From Erwinia phage vB_EamM_MadMel: 40,000 bases of DNA. Below are positions 26,556 to 36,591 of this stretch, piece after piece. Location: the sequence record MG655269.1, one strand, 5' to 3'. Position 1 is the first letter of the stretch, and each line of letters opens with the position of its first letter. The position numbers were made by a program, and so were the translations under genes. Under the pieces are notes generated by a model that worked only from the letters and a program-made list of their open reading frames with translations, ran no database searches and had not been told where the DNA came from.

Positions 26556-27017
26556 ATGTCAAACTCTATGTTCATCTGCCTGTCACTGTTAGCGGTTATC
26601 TCTGTCTCTGGTGGTATCGCCTTTGCCAAGAGCCTGTCACCGACCCATGCCATGATGACCGCCTTTGCTTACTTACGTGAGCAACTCGGTGATGACGCAG
26701 CACAGTACGAATACGATAAACGCTCACACCTTCTTTGCATGACAAACCTGGTGGAAACTAACTATGCCCTGGTCTGCGGTAAGCACTTTGAACGCGCAGA
26801 ACAAAAACGTGCATGGTTAGTTAAGGAAGCAGAAGAGATCCAGCTCACCCCGCGTCAACAACTGATGCTGCTGGACTCCTTACTGAACCTGAACACCCGT
26901 CCTGAACAAGCAAAGAAAATTGTTAAAGTACGTTCAACCAAAGAGATCGTTGACTTGGCTGCGCAGTATGCGAGCGACAACCGTCGTATCGAAGCTCCGC
27001 TGGCCTTGTTCCGCTAA
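26556..27017 (+). CDS. Hypothetical protein with N-terminal hydrophobic/signal-like segment (153 aa)
   Basis: MFICLSLLAVISVSGGIAFAKS N-terminus. Confidence 0.7.
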   Translation: MSNSMFICLSLLAVISVSGGIAFAKSLSPTHAMMTAFAYLREQLGDDAAQYEYDKRSHLLCMTNLVETNYALVCGKHFERAEQKRAWLVKEAEEIQLTPRQQLMLLDSLLNLNTRPEQAKKIVKVRSTKEIVDLAAQYASDNRRIEAPLALFR

Positions 27018-27143
27018 TGTAAGCTGTAGTGTATTGGTCACCTCATGACCGGAGCTCACCCTAACCGGTGGGCTCTTTTTTTTTTTGTCTTCTTTTTTTT
27101 TGTTCGGGGATTATATGTAGTCCATATTAGCTAAGAGGACATT

Positions 27144-27548
27144 ATGGCAGAGCGTGTAGTTCCAACCATGTCCGTAACCGGGTACGTAACCGGCGTGACT
27201 GAAACCATTGACCGGATGTTTGCCTACTGGCTGACCGCACAATACTCTCAAACGTATCTTGCTCGCGGTAACATTCACTCCCTTCAATATTTGATCCAGC
27301 AGTATGACGGTAACCCAGAACGTCTGTGTGATGCGGTGGTGAAAGACCTCAAGAACTATTTTACGGGTCCGTTTGATGCCGCCACGGTTACCTGTAATCC
27401 ACGTTATGCGACCAGTGAGCGTGATGAGAAGTTCTATATGCTGGAGATCGATATCAAAGTCTCTAATGGCGATATCGGTTATGATGTTGGTCGCCGTCTG
27501 CTAGAGATTGAAGACGGTATCTTTAAACGCATTGTAGGTACTCTGTAA
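27144..27548 (+). CDS. Hypothetical protein (134 aa)
   Basis: RBS agagga upstream, intact ORF. Confidence 0.8.
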   Translation: MAERVVPTMSVTGYVTGVTETIDRMFAYWLTAQYSQTYLARGNIHSLQYLIQQYDGNPERLCDAVVKDLKNYFTGPFDAATVTCNPRYATSERDEKFYMLEIDIKVSNGDIGYDVGRRLLEIEDGIFKRIVGTL

Positions 27549-28150
27549 TGGCACAAACCGAACACGATAAAATGATGCACCAGCGGGCAGGGTCGATTGA
27601 GCGTCGACTGGCACAGGCCGCCCAGCATGAACGTAATCCCCAAATCCAGGAAGCGGAGTTCACACGGGTATTCCTGCCGATGTTTGTTGGCGGGGGCGAA
27701 TACATTAATCAGGATGCTTGGGTAGCGGTTGCCGGTTCTGTTAATAATGAAGTCGATGTCTTCCGCGGGCAAGAGTATCTTTATACCCTGCCAGCCTTAG
27801 CCATCCCGATTCGCTCTGAGATCTCCAGTCGTAGCCAGAATGGTCGCATGGGTGATAACTGGATGGGCACAGGCTTAAACGCCGCAGACGATCCAGGCTC
27901 AATTGAGAGCGTGATGTCGATCGATGCCAAGGGCAAACAGGTTGCGTTAGCCAGTACTGCTGAGGAGCACATGGCACGCTGGGATGAGGTGTTCAAACGT
28001 TACGGGCTGGACTACCGCGTAATCCGTGCTGACCTCCATGAACGTAAAACAGGTCAGAAAGTTAATCCCAACATTATCGATCAATCAGATAAGGCATTAG
28101 CGACTAAACAGGTTGAGCTCGATGACAACGGTGATTACGAAGACTACTAA
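27548..28150 (+). CDS. Hypothetical protein (200 aa)
   Basis: TAATG overlap, intact ORF. Confidence 0.75.
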   Translation: MAQTEHDKMMHQRAGSIERRLAQAAQHERNPQIQEAEFTRVFLPMFVGGGEYINQDAWVAVAGSVNNEVDVFRGQEYLYTLPALAIPIRSEISSRSQNGRMGDNWMGTGLNAADDPGSIESVMSIDAKGKQVALASTAEEHMARWDEVFKRYGLDYRVIRADLHERKTGQKVNPNIIDQSDKALATKQVELDDNGDYEDY

Positions 28151-28160
28151 AAAACCTGGC

Positions 28161-29267
28161 ATGGTACGGATTATTCAGACAGGCGATATTCACCTCTGTC
28201 ATAAGCGCACCCCAACGGCGAACATTATCCGTACACTGAACTATATCTTTTATGAAAACGAATCCTTGGCTGAAACTGACCTTATCATCCTTGCCGGGGA
28301 TGTCTGGGATACTTTGGTAACCATGCCTAATGACGATGCATTATTAGCTCGTCAATGGATTCGTAAGTTTGTCGAAGATTGCGCATACCACAATGTGATC
28401 TTAGATGTGTTAGAAGGCACTCCTGATCATGATTGGGAGCAGTCTTCTGAATTCACCCTCTTTGAAACCAATTGTGAAGTGCGCTACATCAAAACCCTGC
28501 AGATTGTCCGTCATGAGCACTTGGATTTAAATATCCTTTATGTGCCCGATGAATGGCGCCCAACCATCGAAGCGATCTGGGAAGATGTGTGTGTGGCGAT
28601 GACTGGAGCTGGACTGGATAAGGTGGATGTCGCAGTGGTGCACGGGGGATTTGATTTTAACTTCCCGCCGGAGTACAACATCAAAGGCCACAGCGCTGAG
28701 CGCTTTAGTAGCATTGTCAAACATGCGGTGTTTGCTAACCACATCCACAAAGCCCAAAGCTTTATGAAAGTGCACGGTCCAGGTTCACCGGATCGATTAG
28801 CACAGGGTGAGGAAGGGGACAAAGGTTACCATCGGGTGGTGATTGATCAGAAGACCGATCAGATGCGCATCCAGTGGATTAAGAACCCACATGCCTGGAC
28901 CCATATCGCACTCAACGTTGCGGGTATGTCAGTTGAGGAGATCGTCGCCAAAGCCAAAGCGATCGCAGCACCACTAAGAGCCGGCAGTTATCTGCGTTTT
29001 GATAACGGTGATCCCTTAGTGGTGAAAGCGGTACTGTGGGCATTGAAAGCAGAAATCCCGCATGTGATCTTGGAATACAAAAACAAGAAGCAAGCAGGGA
29101 TCACGCAAACGCACCAAACTTATGCCAAGAAGTTTTCTGGCACCCACATTAACCGCAACAATGCCAAAGAGTCGATCGTCGGCTGGTTGCAGGGTAAGGG
29201 GTTAACGGACGACTCACAGGGTCAGTATTTAAGTGATATCTTACAGCGCGCCATGGCGCTGAAGTAG
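28161..29267 (+). CDS. SbcD/Mre11-like calcineurin-family metallophosphoesterase
   Basis: TGDIHLCHKR, DLIILAGDVWD and VAVVHGG metallophosphoesterase motifs. Confidence 0.75.
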   Translation: MVRIIQTGDIHLCHKRTPTANIIRTLNYIFYENESLAETDLIILAGDVWDTLVTMPNDDALLARQWIRKFVEDCAYHNVILDVLEGTPDHDWEQSSEFTLFETNCEVRYIKTLQIVRHEHLDLNILYVPDEWRPTIEAIWEDVCVAMTGAGLDKVDVAVVHGGFDFNFPPEYNIKGHSAERFSSIVKHAVFANHIHKAQSFMKVHGPGSPDRLAQGEEGDKGYHRVVIDQKTDQMRIQWIKNPHAWTHIALNVAGMSVEEIVAKAKAIAAPLRAGSYLRFDNGDPLVVKAVLWALKAEIPHVILEYKNKKQAGITQTHQTYAKKFSGTHINRNNAKESIVGWLQGKGLTDDSQGQYLSDILQRAMALK

Positions 29268-29277
29268 TGAGGGTGTT

Positions 29278-30078
29278 ATGGCTGACAGGACCATGGGGAT
29301 CTTGCCGATGTCAGTCGGCACCTCCCTTTCATTTGAAGCATTAATGGCAAAACCCATTGAACCGATTGAAACCTTGGTGTTGAACATCGGGACCATCTTT
29401 CGTAATGTCTATCAGGCGTATGATACCGATGACCGCGATCGCTTAGGGATTGATAAGTTGCATGACGATATGATTGCAGACATGTCAGCGATTTATGACA
29501 TCTTAAAAGACATCGGGAAAGCGGGCGTGCCAGATTACAAACTGTATCACGGGCGTTATGAACGGTTAGCTTCCGCCTTTCCACTGGCGAAGATCTGGGA
29601 GCCTTCTTCGGATATTCAGAAGACGTACGCACGGCTTGAACGCAACGTCCTGGAGAAGGTGATCAAGACAATGCGGGGGTTAGTGCAAGAGGTGGATCAC
29701 ACCTTACCGATTTCCGTAAAGAATACCTATGTGATGACCCATCACATCGTAGACCTGGTTGTGCCGGCTGGTTACGGTGAAATTACGTTGGTGGAATCCC
29801 ATACAGGTGCCTTGAAGAAGAAACCGTTATGGCACACCAAACTCACCAACGGGCGTTCGCTTGAGCGTATTCCGTTTAACCGACTGACCTTGCAGGTGTT
29901 CGGTGATAACTCTGTAAACTTCAAAGCCAACAGCTTTAAATACAAAGCGGCACTGATGAAGCTTGCAGAGGAGAACAAGTGGACACCCATGGCAACCCGT
30001 GATCGTATCAAGCTTGGCATTGAAACGTTAAAGGACGCGCAGCTGAAAGCGGACTTGTCAAAAATGCTCAGTGTATAA
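29278..30078 (+). CDS. Hypothetical protein (266 aa)
   Basis: Intact ORF. Confidence 0.8.
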   Translation: MADRTMGILPMSVGTSLSFEALMAKPIEPIETLVLNIGTIFRNVYQAYDTDDRDRLGIDKLHDDMIADMSAIYDILKDIGKAGVPDYKLYHGRYERLASAFPLAKIWEPSSDIQKTYARLERNVLEKVIKTMRGLVQEVDHTLPISVKNTYVMTHHIVDLVVPAGYGEITLVESHTGALKKKPLWHTKLTNGRSLERIPFNRLTLQVFGDNSVNFKANSFKYKAALMKLAEENKWTPMATRDRIKLGIETLKDAQLKADLSKMLSV

Positions 30079-30088
30079 ATCAACATAA

Positions 30089-30110
30089 CTGCTCTAACTT
30101 TATAGAGCAG
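30089..30110. promoter_or_regulatory. Perfect 8-bp inverted repeat CTGCTCTA-N6-TAGAGCAG in SSB-like gene leader
   Basis: No following T-run or TTAT motif; lies directly upstream of the 30142 start. Confidence 0.4.
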
Positions 30111-30141
30111 TATAACTAATTAGTCCTAAAAGGAGCAACAC

Positions 30142-30912
30142 ATGGCTGGTCCACAGCGTCAATTTAAAGCTCGTGAAAAATCTTACTTGAGCGAGTACTC
30201 GATGAACCTTCAGGGCCCGGTGCAAGCTGGCGCTCAGTTCCCTGCTGAATTCCGCATGGCCTTTGCAGCCAACAAGGTGGCCATTCAGGTTGAAACCAAA
30301 AACCGCGATAACAAAAATAACGGTCGCTTTGAAATCGTTGTTCCTTATCTGGGCGCTATCGGTGTGCTGAATACGATCGACAAGCTTATTCAGGACAAAG
30401 CACGCAGTAAGCTGCAATACAAAGTGAAAGACTTCGTTTACTTCGGTAAAGGTAACAAGTCTGACTCACCAATGATCAAAGGCACCCTGACCGTAGGGCG
30501 TGATAACGAAGGTTGTCTCTATATCGGCATGTCCGGTAAAGACATCACCCCAATCAAATTCATCTTCGCCCTGCCGGCGCATGATGAACTGTGCGATGAC
30601 TCAGGTCAGCGTCTGGGTGATGCTGAGCACTCTGAGTTTGCTGCGAAGAACTTCGTGGTTGGTTACCTGGGCCTGCTGCCAGTGGTAATGGGCATTCACT
30701 ATACTCCACCTGAGCCGAAGAACCCAGATGGCGGTAATGGCGGTGGCGGTGGTCAAGGTGGTGGCGGCTGGGGTGGTAACGGTGGCGGAAACCGTGGCGG
30801 TGGTAATGGCGGGGGAAACCAGTACAACCAAGGCGGCAATCAGGGCGGCGGGAACGCCTCTGGTTCTGGTAGCAGCGGCGGTGGTGACTTCGCAGATGAC
30901 CTGCCTTTCTAA
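30142..30912 (+). CDS. SSB-like single-stranded DNA-binding protein (Gly-rich linker, acidic tip DFADDLPF)
   Basis: Core + GGNGGGGGQGGGG...NQYNQGGNQ low-complexity linker + C-terminal DFADDLPF, the bacterial SSB-tip architecture. Confidence 0.65.
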   Translation: MAGPQRQFKAREKSYLSEYSMNLQGPVQAGAQFPAEFRMAFAANKVAIQVETKNRDNKNNGRFEIVVPYLGAIGVLNTIDKLIQDKARSKLQYKVKDFVYFGKGNKSDSPMIKGTLTVGRDNEGCLYIGMSGKDITPIKFIFALPAHDELCDDSGQRLGDAEHSEFAAKNFVVGYLGLLPVVMGIHYTPPEPKNPDGGNGGGGGQGGGGWGGNGGGNRGGGNGGGNQYNQGGNQGGGNASGSGSSGGGDFADDLPF

Positions 30913-30965
30913 ATAGACAGGACGATGAATTCAGCATAAGTCATTGTCTGGGTTCATCCACAACA

Positions 30966-30995
30966 GAGGAGGGTGAAAACCCTCCTCTTGTGCCG
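30966..30995 (+). terminator. Hairpin GAGGAGGGT-GAAA-ACCCTCCTC + TTGTGCCG
   Basis: Perfect 9-bp stem, one-base variant of the TTATGCCG motif. Confidence 0.7.
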
Positions 30996-31115
30996 TCCAC
31001 GGACTGGGCTATAGCTCACGCTTACTCCCCAGGGTATGGGCGATTTAAACGCCGACATTTCAGGAAGAATACGCGCAAGCGACCCCCACGGCCATGTAAG
31101 AATAAAAGTAAGTTG

Positions 31116-31313
31116 ATGAAGGTGGCTCAGAGTAAGTTGGGTTATGCGATCATGACAGGCAGGGTAATCAGGCAGGCGGTATGTGATGAGTGTGAGGCGG
31201 ATGAACGTATCGAACCTTTGCAAGTCAATTATGCTAAGCCGTATATCGTGCTGTGGCTTTGTCCACGTTGTCATGCTGACTGGTACCTGACAAATGAGCC
31301 GGCGTACAGCTGA
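31116..31313 (+). CDS. Small zinc-ribbon-like protein (CxxC...CxxCH)
   Basis: AVCDECEADERIEPLQVNYAKPYIVLWLCPRCHADWY; start uncertain (30990 GTG alternative). Confidence 0.55.
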   Translation: MKVAQSKLGYAIMTGRVIRQAVCDECEADERIEPLQVNYAKPYIVLWLCPRCHADWYLTNEPAYS

Positions 31314-31350
31314 GGGTTTCGGCCCTCCTTTATGAGACCAAGAGGTGACA

Positions 31351-31743
31351 ATGTTTGAAGAACCGACACATGTTCGTTATGCATTGGTAACCCGCCCTCA
31401 ACACGACGAGAAAGTTATTTTGACACCCTGTGATAATCTGATCGAAGCGGTACACAAACAAGACCGCTACGATTCGATTGCTTCTGTGGTGATCTGTGAT
31501 GACTTCAAAGCGCAGGCGGTGGATGTCCGGTTACACTTTATCACGGGTCCGGATGACTCGGCGTACCGTGCAAAGGAAATGTTACTGGCTTCTTTTATAC
31601 GCCAGAACAATGGTTGGATTCCCCGTCATGTTACGGGCTGTATGATAGACGCTTTTGATGACGAGACCCTTACCTTCATCCAAAGCCTACTATCTTTCTT
31701 TGATTCACACAGAACCAATTTTGCTCGTTCGCTTGCTTCGTAA
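31351..31743 (+). CDS. Hypothetical protein (about 130 aa)
   Basis: RBS gaggtg, intact ORF. Confidence 0.75.
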   Translation: MFEEPTHVRYALVTRPQHDEKVILTPCDNLIEAVHKQDRYDSIASVVICDDFKAQAVDVRLHFITGPDDSAYRAKEMLLASFIRQNNGWIPRHVTGCMIDAFDDETLTFIQSLLSFFDSHRTNFARSLAS

Positions 31744-31751
31744 TTTTTATT

Positions 31752-31787
31752 GCTGGATGCGGTAAACCCGCTCCAGCCCTTATGCCG
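31752..31787 (+). terminator. Hairpin GCTGGA(T)GCGG-TAAAC-CCGCTCCAGC + CC + TTATGCCG
   Basis: 10-bp bulged stem and exact motif. Confidence 0.75.
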
Positions 31788-31850
31788 CCTGTAATATCGT
31801 ACATTATTCTACTATCTATTAGAGGAACAAATAATCTTAAATATTTACAA

Positions 31851-31868
31851 GCCTACATTATCAACATG
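31851..31868 (+). promoter_or_regulatory. Promoter-like element GCCTACATTATCAACATG
   Basis: Matches CCTAYATTAY. Confidence 0.4.
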
Positions 31869-31920
31869 TCATAGCAGTATGTGATTTAACCTACCGTGTG
31901 ATCACCGGGAGCAGCCACCA

Positions 31921-33465
31921 ATGATGTTTAAGTACACCACCAAATCGACCTCTGAGAAGGTATGGTTAAACACAATCATAGTTGTCAGTCGTCATGGCGA
32001 AGAGATTGTGTTTAACGAAAACAACTTCTTCAAGTCGGAAGAGAAGGACCACAAAGGAACCTTCGACGAACTGAATCTCTATCTCTTGCGTTGCCTGAGT
32101 AACGAGCAACGTGACCGGATGTTTGAGTTCTATAAGCAAATCAGCTATATCCTGAAAACGGAACTGTCGGTCACGAAGGTCCTTCTGCCAAAGTTGCAGC
32201 CTTTGGTTAAAGGGATCTACGACCTGGTTAGCTTAAGCGACCTGAACGTCTTCATGTATGAAAACAAACTGACGCACATCCCGAACAGCGTACTGGATAC
32301 CATCCCGTCCTCGAAAGAGTACCCGACGATGACCACGTATGTGAAAGCGGATTACGTCAAGCTGGTTAACCTGTCGGTATTGTTGCATCTGATGGCGCCG
32401 ATCATTGCGGACTATGTCAGCAAGGTCAGTGAGTCAACCGGCAAGCAGTTTAAAGAACACGCCGCCTTACCGTTACTGGAATACACCAACATCATGTATT
32501 CTGATGAGATGGTCAAGCTGCGTAACTTCGTGACCGCCAACTGCAGTAAAAAGCCAGTGCCGTTATCAGCCACCTTAGAAGGGATGTCAGAAGAGTCGTT
32601 CCCGGATTGGATGCTGGCTTCGGTCATTGCACGTAAGCTGTGTATCAACCATGTACGGCGTGGGGATGAAAACGGACACCTGGTTGCTGCGGTGTTTGCG
32701 TACATCAACTACAACATCAAACTGGATGGTAAGTTTGGTGGTGGGGTCATGCCAAAGAAAGAGCGTCGGGGTCTGGGAGAAGATGAGCGCGAGAAAGCGG
32801 TCATTGATAACTGGAAGATGAAAGAGGATGTGGACAAGATCGATATCTTAGCCTGTGCTGTTGGCTTTGATGATCCGGTTGCCGCGGCCAAGTTCATTGA
32901 GCCTGACATCGATCCAAACATGGTGATCCGTTGCCTGAATGCGATTCCACAAGCCTGGAACTTCAGCATGACTCGTCATCAGAGCATTCTGTTGCAGTGG
33001 GTAGTGGGTGAGCTTCTGCCGCATATCGGTGATACGTATGTGCCGCCGTTGACAGTTGAGTATTACGATTACGATGTCTGCGTGAAGTTGGTCGGGATTG
33101 CACAAGCGGTACTGTGGCATCGGGGTTATCCGAAGCTTGCGGTGTTTGCTGCGACTTATCCGTCTGAAGTGGATGCCGGCGGGATGCCGAATGCCGTGAT
33201 GCCATTAGAACTGAAAGTGATGGCAGAGCTGGAAGCGTATTACGGTAATGTGCGTCTGGGTAAACGTCAGGACAGCAGCGATGGCTTGGTGCATAAAACC
33301 ATCAACACCATGGTTACCTCATTGTTAGAAGATGATTATCAGGTCGTAGGCCCTGATGAATTGTTAGCGTTATCTGGGGTGGTAGATTTCGAACGTCGAA
33401 TCGTCATTCCTGAAAGCCTATATTACGATATTGCTGGCTACATTCGTTTCTTAGCCACTCGTTAA
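31921..33465 (+). CDS. Candidate fifth subunit of non-virion RNAP (phiKZ gp68-like), 514 aa
   Basis: Size and position relative to the beta-C/beta'-C pair match phiKZ gp68; no diagnostic motif read directly. Confidence 0.45.
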   Translation: MMFKYTTKSTSEKVWLNTIIVVSRHGEEIVFNENNFFKSEEKDHKGTFDELNLYLLRCLSNEQRDRMFEFYKQISYILKTELSVTKVLLPKLQPLVKGIYDLVSLSDLNVFMYENKLTHIPNSVLDTIPSSKEYPTMTTYVKADYVKLVNLSVLLHLMAPIIADYVSKVSESTGKQFKEHAALPLLEYTNIMYSDEMVKLRNFVTANCSKKPVPLSATLEGMSEESFPDWMLASVIARKLCINHVRRGDENGHLVAAVFAYINYNIKLDGKFGGGVMPKKERRGLGEDEREKAVIDNWKMKEDVDKIDILACAVGFDDPVAAAKFIEPDIDPNMVIRCLNAIPQAWNFSMTRHQSILLQWVVGELLPHIGDTYVPPLTVEYYDYDVCVKLVGIAQAVLWHRGYPKLAVFAATYPSEVDAGGMPNAVMPLELKVMAELEAYYGNVRLGKRQDSSDGLVHKTINTMVTSLLEDDYQVVGPDELLALSGVVDFERRIVIPESLYYDIAGYIRFLATR

Positions 33466-33500
33466 CTTAATTTAATCTACACCGTTAGGAGTCACCCAAG

Positions 33501-35018
33501 ATGTTACCTACCCAAAACATTCAGTTCGAAGGCTATGTTGAGAAAGCTGCTATTTGCCGTACACCAGCTTATCAGGACATGTACCGTCGACCGTACAGCA
33601 TGAATATCAGTCAGGACACCGCATCCGTTATTGGTAACATGAGTGCCGGTGTGGATTATTCTCGTGAGCGTTTAGCGCCGATTGCCGCATCGGTCATTGC
33701 GCCACAGACTTACGTTGAATCGGTTTGTAACGTACCAGAAGGCTGGGGTTCTGAGCGTTGTCTCTTCATCCTGAAGATCGTTCACGGTCGTCCGGGTGAC
33801 CAGGGTCTGAACAAACGTGTGCAGTATCTGACCGGCTATACCAGTCACATGGGCATGATGCCAAGTCAGATGCGTGCGAATGATGTTATCGTTGATGACA
33901 ACATGCGTCTGTTCTTTAACACCAGTATGCTGTTTAACGAAACCAGCCATATCGATGGCTATGGCCGTAAGCTCGTCACTGCCATGCCGTTGATGGCAAG
34001 TCAGTTGGTAATGGGTCAGCACGGCGGGGTACACGGCCATAACGATCGTACGTTGCGTCCTGAAGATGTTTACTCAGCAATCAATGTCGGGCAGCTGATT
34101 CAGCAGAACAACCAGTATGATCAAAGCCGCGGTACCAATGGTCCGATTGGTCAGCTGTATGATGGTCGTACTGCTTTCCAACCTGGTCAGCCGTATAAGC
34201 TTTCTCAGCTGAATAACCTGGTGCCTTCAAACTACCTCAGTAAAGTGCTGACCGGTGCAGCCACCGAACAGCTGACCTTAGGTGGTCAACGTGCAAACCC
34301 AGCGGATACCAGCAATCAGATCGCAACTGGCCTGAACGAAGGTTATCTGTCTAACGACCTGACCCTGCAACATATCCTGGATCGCACCGGTCTGCGTGAA
34401 AACTGCTCAATCACATTTGGTGAATTGCGTCGTATTCTGCCGAACATTGATGCACCGGGTATTTTGACCAAAGCGGGTATGGAAGGTGTCGGTACTGGTC
34501 AGGTTGCCGGTGCGGTAGGTGGTGCTGGCTCTGAACATCATCAGGGTTCGAACTACGAAACCGTGATTGCCAACATGCTAAACAATGTGACCACTGCACT
34601 GATGATGGATCTGATGATCGGTGAGATTCATTGTAATGGCGGTAACATGACCGTAGCCGATGTGGCGACTGGTACAATGAGTGGTCAGTTCCTGTTGAAC
34701 ACGCCGTACGCAACTTCCTTCGTGGATGGTCGTGATGCGGTGGCGTTGTGTGAATCGTTTAAGCTGCGTCTGGTGCGTGAGTTCCTGTCAAGCTTTACCG
34801 GCCACAACCACGTGCCAATCGGTTTTGCAATCCATGCAAGTCTGATGGCCGAAACGGTTATTGATGTCTCTTACAATAACCAACCGAAGATTCGTTTCGT
34901 GTTCCCGGTCTTTGCGAACGCGTCATATACCCCGATTATCACTGGCGATCAGAACACTCTGAACTCCATTGCCGTACACACACGTGAACTGGTCCAGCAG
35001 CTGACCAACGTCTTTTAA
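33501..35018 (+). CDS. Conserved-type hypothetical protein (505 aa)
   Basis: Long intact ORF, uniform codon usage, own RBS; corresponds by position to phiKZ gp69/gp70 interval. Confidence 0.85.
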   Translation: MLPTQNIQFEGYVEKAAICRTPAYQDMYRRPYSMNISQDTASVIGNMSAGVDYSRERLAPIAASVIAPQTYVESVCNVPEGWGSERCLFILKIVHGRPGDQGLNKRVQYLTGYTSHMGMMPSQMRANDVIVDDNMRLFFNTSMLFNETSHIDGYGRKLVTAMPLMASQLVMGQHGGVHGHNDRTLRPEDVYSAINVGQLIQQNNQYDQSRGTNGPIGQLYDGRTAFQPGQPYKLSQLNNLVPSNYLSKVLTGAATEQLTLGGQRANPADTSNQIATGLNEGYLSNDLTLQHILDRTGLRENCSITFGELRRILPNIDAPGILTKAGMEGVGTGQVAGAVGGAGSEHHQGSNYETVIANMLNNVTTALMMDLMIGEIHCNGGNMTVADVATGTMSGQFLLNTPYATSFVDGRDAVALCESFKLRLVREFLSSFTGHNHVPIGFAIHASLMAETVIDVSYNNQPKIRFVFPVFANASYTPIITGDQNTLNSIAVHTRELVQQLTNVF

Positions 35019-35032
35019 GGAAAAGATAAACC

Positions 35033-36577
35033 ATGACAACTCCACTTATTAACTATTACACGGGCTTCCTGGAATCGACGGGCGCTGTGATTGATCAGTC
35101 CACCGGTGTGGTAAGCTATGAACGTTCCACCGGTTTAAAGCCGGTGTTAATTGATGGCAAAGAGCTGATCCTACCCATCCGTGCGTTTCAGGATAAGCCG
35201 GACTGGACGCGTTATGTGCCATTCCATCCGCTGTCTGAATCGATTGCTCGTGGTGAATCGGAAGTGCTGCAGAAAGCCAAAGAGCTGATCAGCCTGAAGT
35301 TGTTCCTGAAATATGCGGAACTGTCTGAAGCGCTGCTGATGCTGGCAGTGAACTCTGAATCGCAGGCGAAGCTTACCCCTACCCAAATGAAGTTCCTGGA
35401 AGGGCTGGGCGATGCGGATGAGAAAACGGTTGAGAACTTCTCAAAGATCCTGGCGAAATCCAAAGCGACCTTTGAAGGCGGTGAGAACCGTTGTCTGGTG
35501 TCGTTGTTCCTGAAACGTGGCGGTACACTCAATGGGCAGAAGTTTGCCCGTCTGTGTGTCGTGGCATTCCCGTACTACGAAGCGCTGTGTAAGATCGAAA
35601 ACGAACCTGCGGATAAGCGCGTGGTGTTTGGTGTGCCATTGCGTGCCAAAGACATCAAAGTGCTGAAGCGTCTGCATGAAGTGATCGTACCGAACAGCGA
35701 TGACGGGATCTACTCGATCGGGACTAACGTACAGACTGCGCCGTACTGGGGTGCCTTGATGATGACTTACGTCAACATCCTGAACCAGTTCAACAGCGTA
35801 ATCAAACCGTTCTCGAAAGTGATCAAATCGCTGAAGGCGGTTGATACCTCCTGGGATGTGGGTGATGAGTTGCAACAGTTCCGTGCTGAGATTCCACCGA
35901 TGCCGTATAATGAAGGTGCAGATTCCAGCAAGCCAGCTGAAACAACCCAGCCCCTGCAGACCCAACAGCAGCCTGTTGCGACGCAGCCACAAACCATCCC
36001 ACAGCCAACCGGTAATCTGGTACAGCAGCCAGCAACCATCCAGCAGGCGCCGAGCTTTAACGGTAATCAGAACCAGTCCAGCACAGTCACCCATCCGCCA
36101 GCTCACAACGTTAAACCATCTAACGGTGGCGGTGTGAACTTCGCTGATGCGATGAACAAGTCGGGCATGGGTATGATGCCACAAATGCAGATGCCGGGTA
36201 TGATGCCGCAGATGTATCCTCAGCAGGGTTACCCACAGCAGCAGATGCCAATGTATCCGCAACAGCAAATGTATCCTCAGATGCAGATGCAAATGCCGAT
36301 GCAGCAGCTTCCAATGCCACCGGTCTCTCAGCCGCAGGGTCAGCAGCAATTCCCGCAGCAGATGTATTATCAAAATGGTCAGTTGCCAATGCCGCCGGTT
36401 AGCCAGCAGCAACAGCAAGGTTACCCACAGCAGGGCATGTATCCTCAGCAGCAGATGATGCAACCTCAAATGTACCCGCAGATGCAAATGCCTGGCATGA
36501 TGCCACAAATGCAGATGCCGGGTATGATGCAACAGGGTTACCCGCAACAGCCACAGATGTTCCAGTTCGGGCGTTAA
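35033..36577 (+). CDS. Hypothetical protein with long Met/Gln/Pro low-complexity C-terminus (514 aa)
   Basis: Folded-looking N-terminal ~300 aa then PQMQMPGMMPQMYPQQ... repeats from ~36160. Confidence 0.85.
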   Translation: MTTPLINYYTGFLESTGAVIDQSTGVVSYERSTGLKPVLIDGKELILPIRAFQDKPDWTRYVPFHPLSESIARGESEVLQKAKELISLKLFLKYAELSEALLMLAVNSESQAKLTPTQMKFLEGLGDADEKTVENFSKILAKSKATFEGGENRCLVSLFLKRGGTLNGQKFARLCVVAFPYYEALCKIENEPADKRVVFGVPLRAKDIKVLKRLHEVIVPNSDDGIYSIGTNVQTAPYWGALMMTYVNILNQFNSVIKPFSKVIKSLKAVDTSWDVGDELQQFRAEIPPMPYNEGADSSKPAETTQPLQTQQQPVATQPQTIPQPTGNLVQQPATIQQAPSFNGNQNQSSTVTHPPAHNVKPSNGGGVNFADAMNKSGMGMMPQMQMPGMMPQMYPQQGYPQQQMPMYPQQQMYPQMQMQMPMQQLPMPPVSQPQGQQQFPQQMYYQNGQLPMPPVSQQQQQGYPQQGMYPQQQMMQPQMYPQMQMPGMMPQMQMPGMMQQGYPQQPQMFQFGR

Positions 36578-36591
36578 TCTATAAATCTGAT

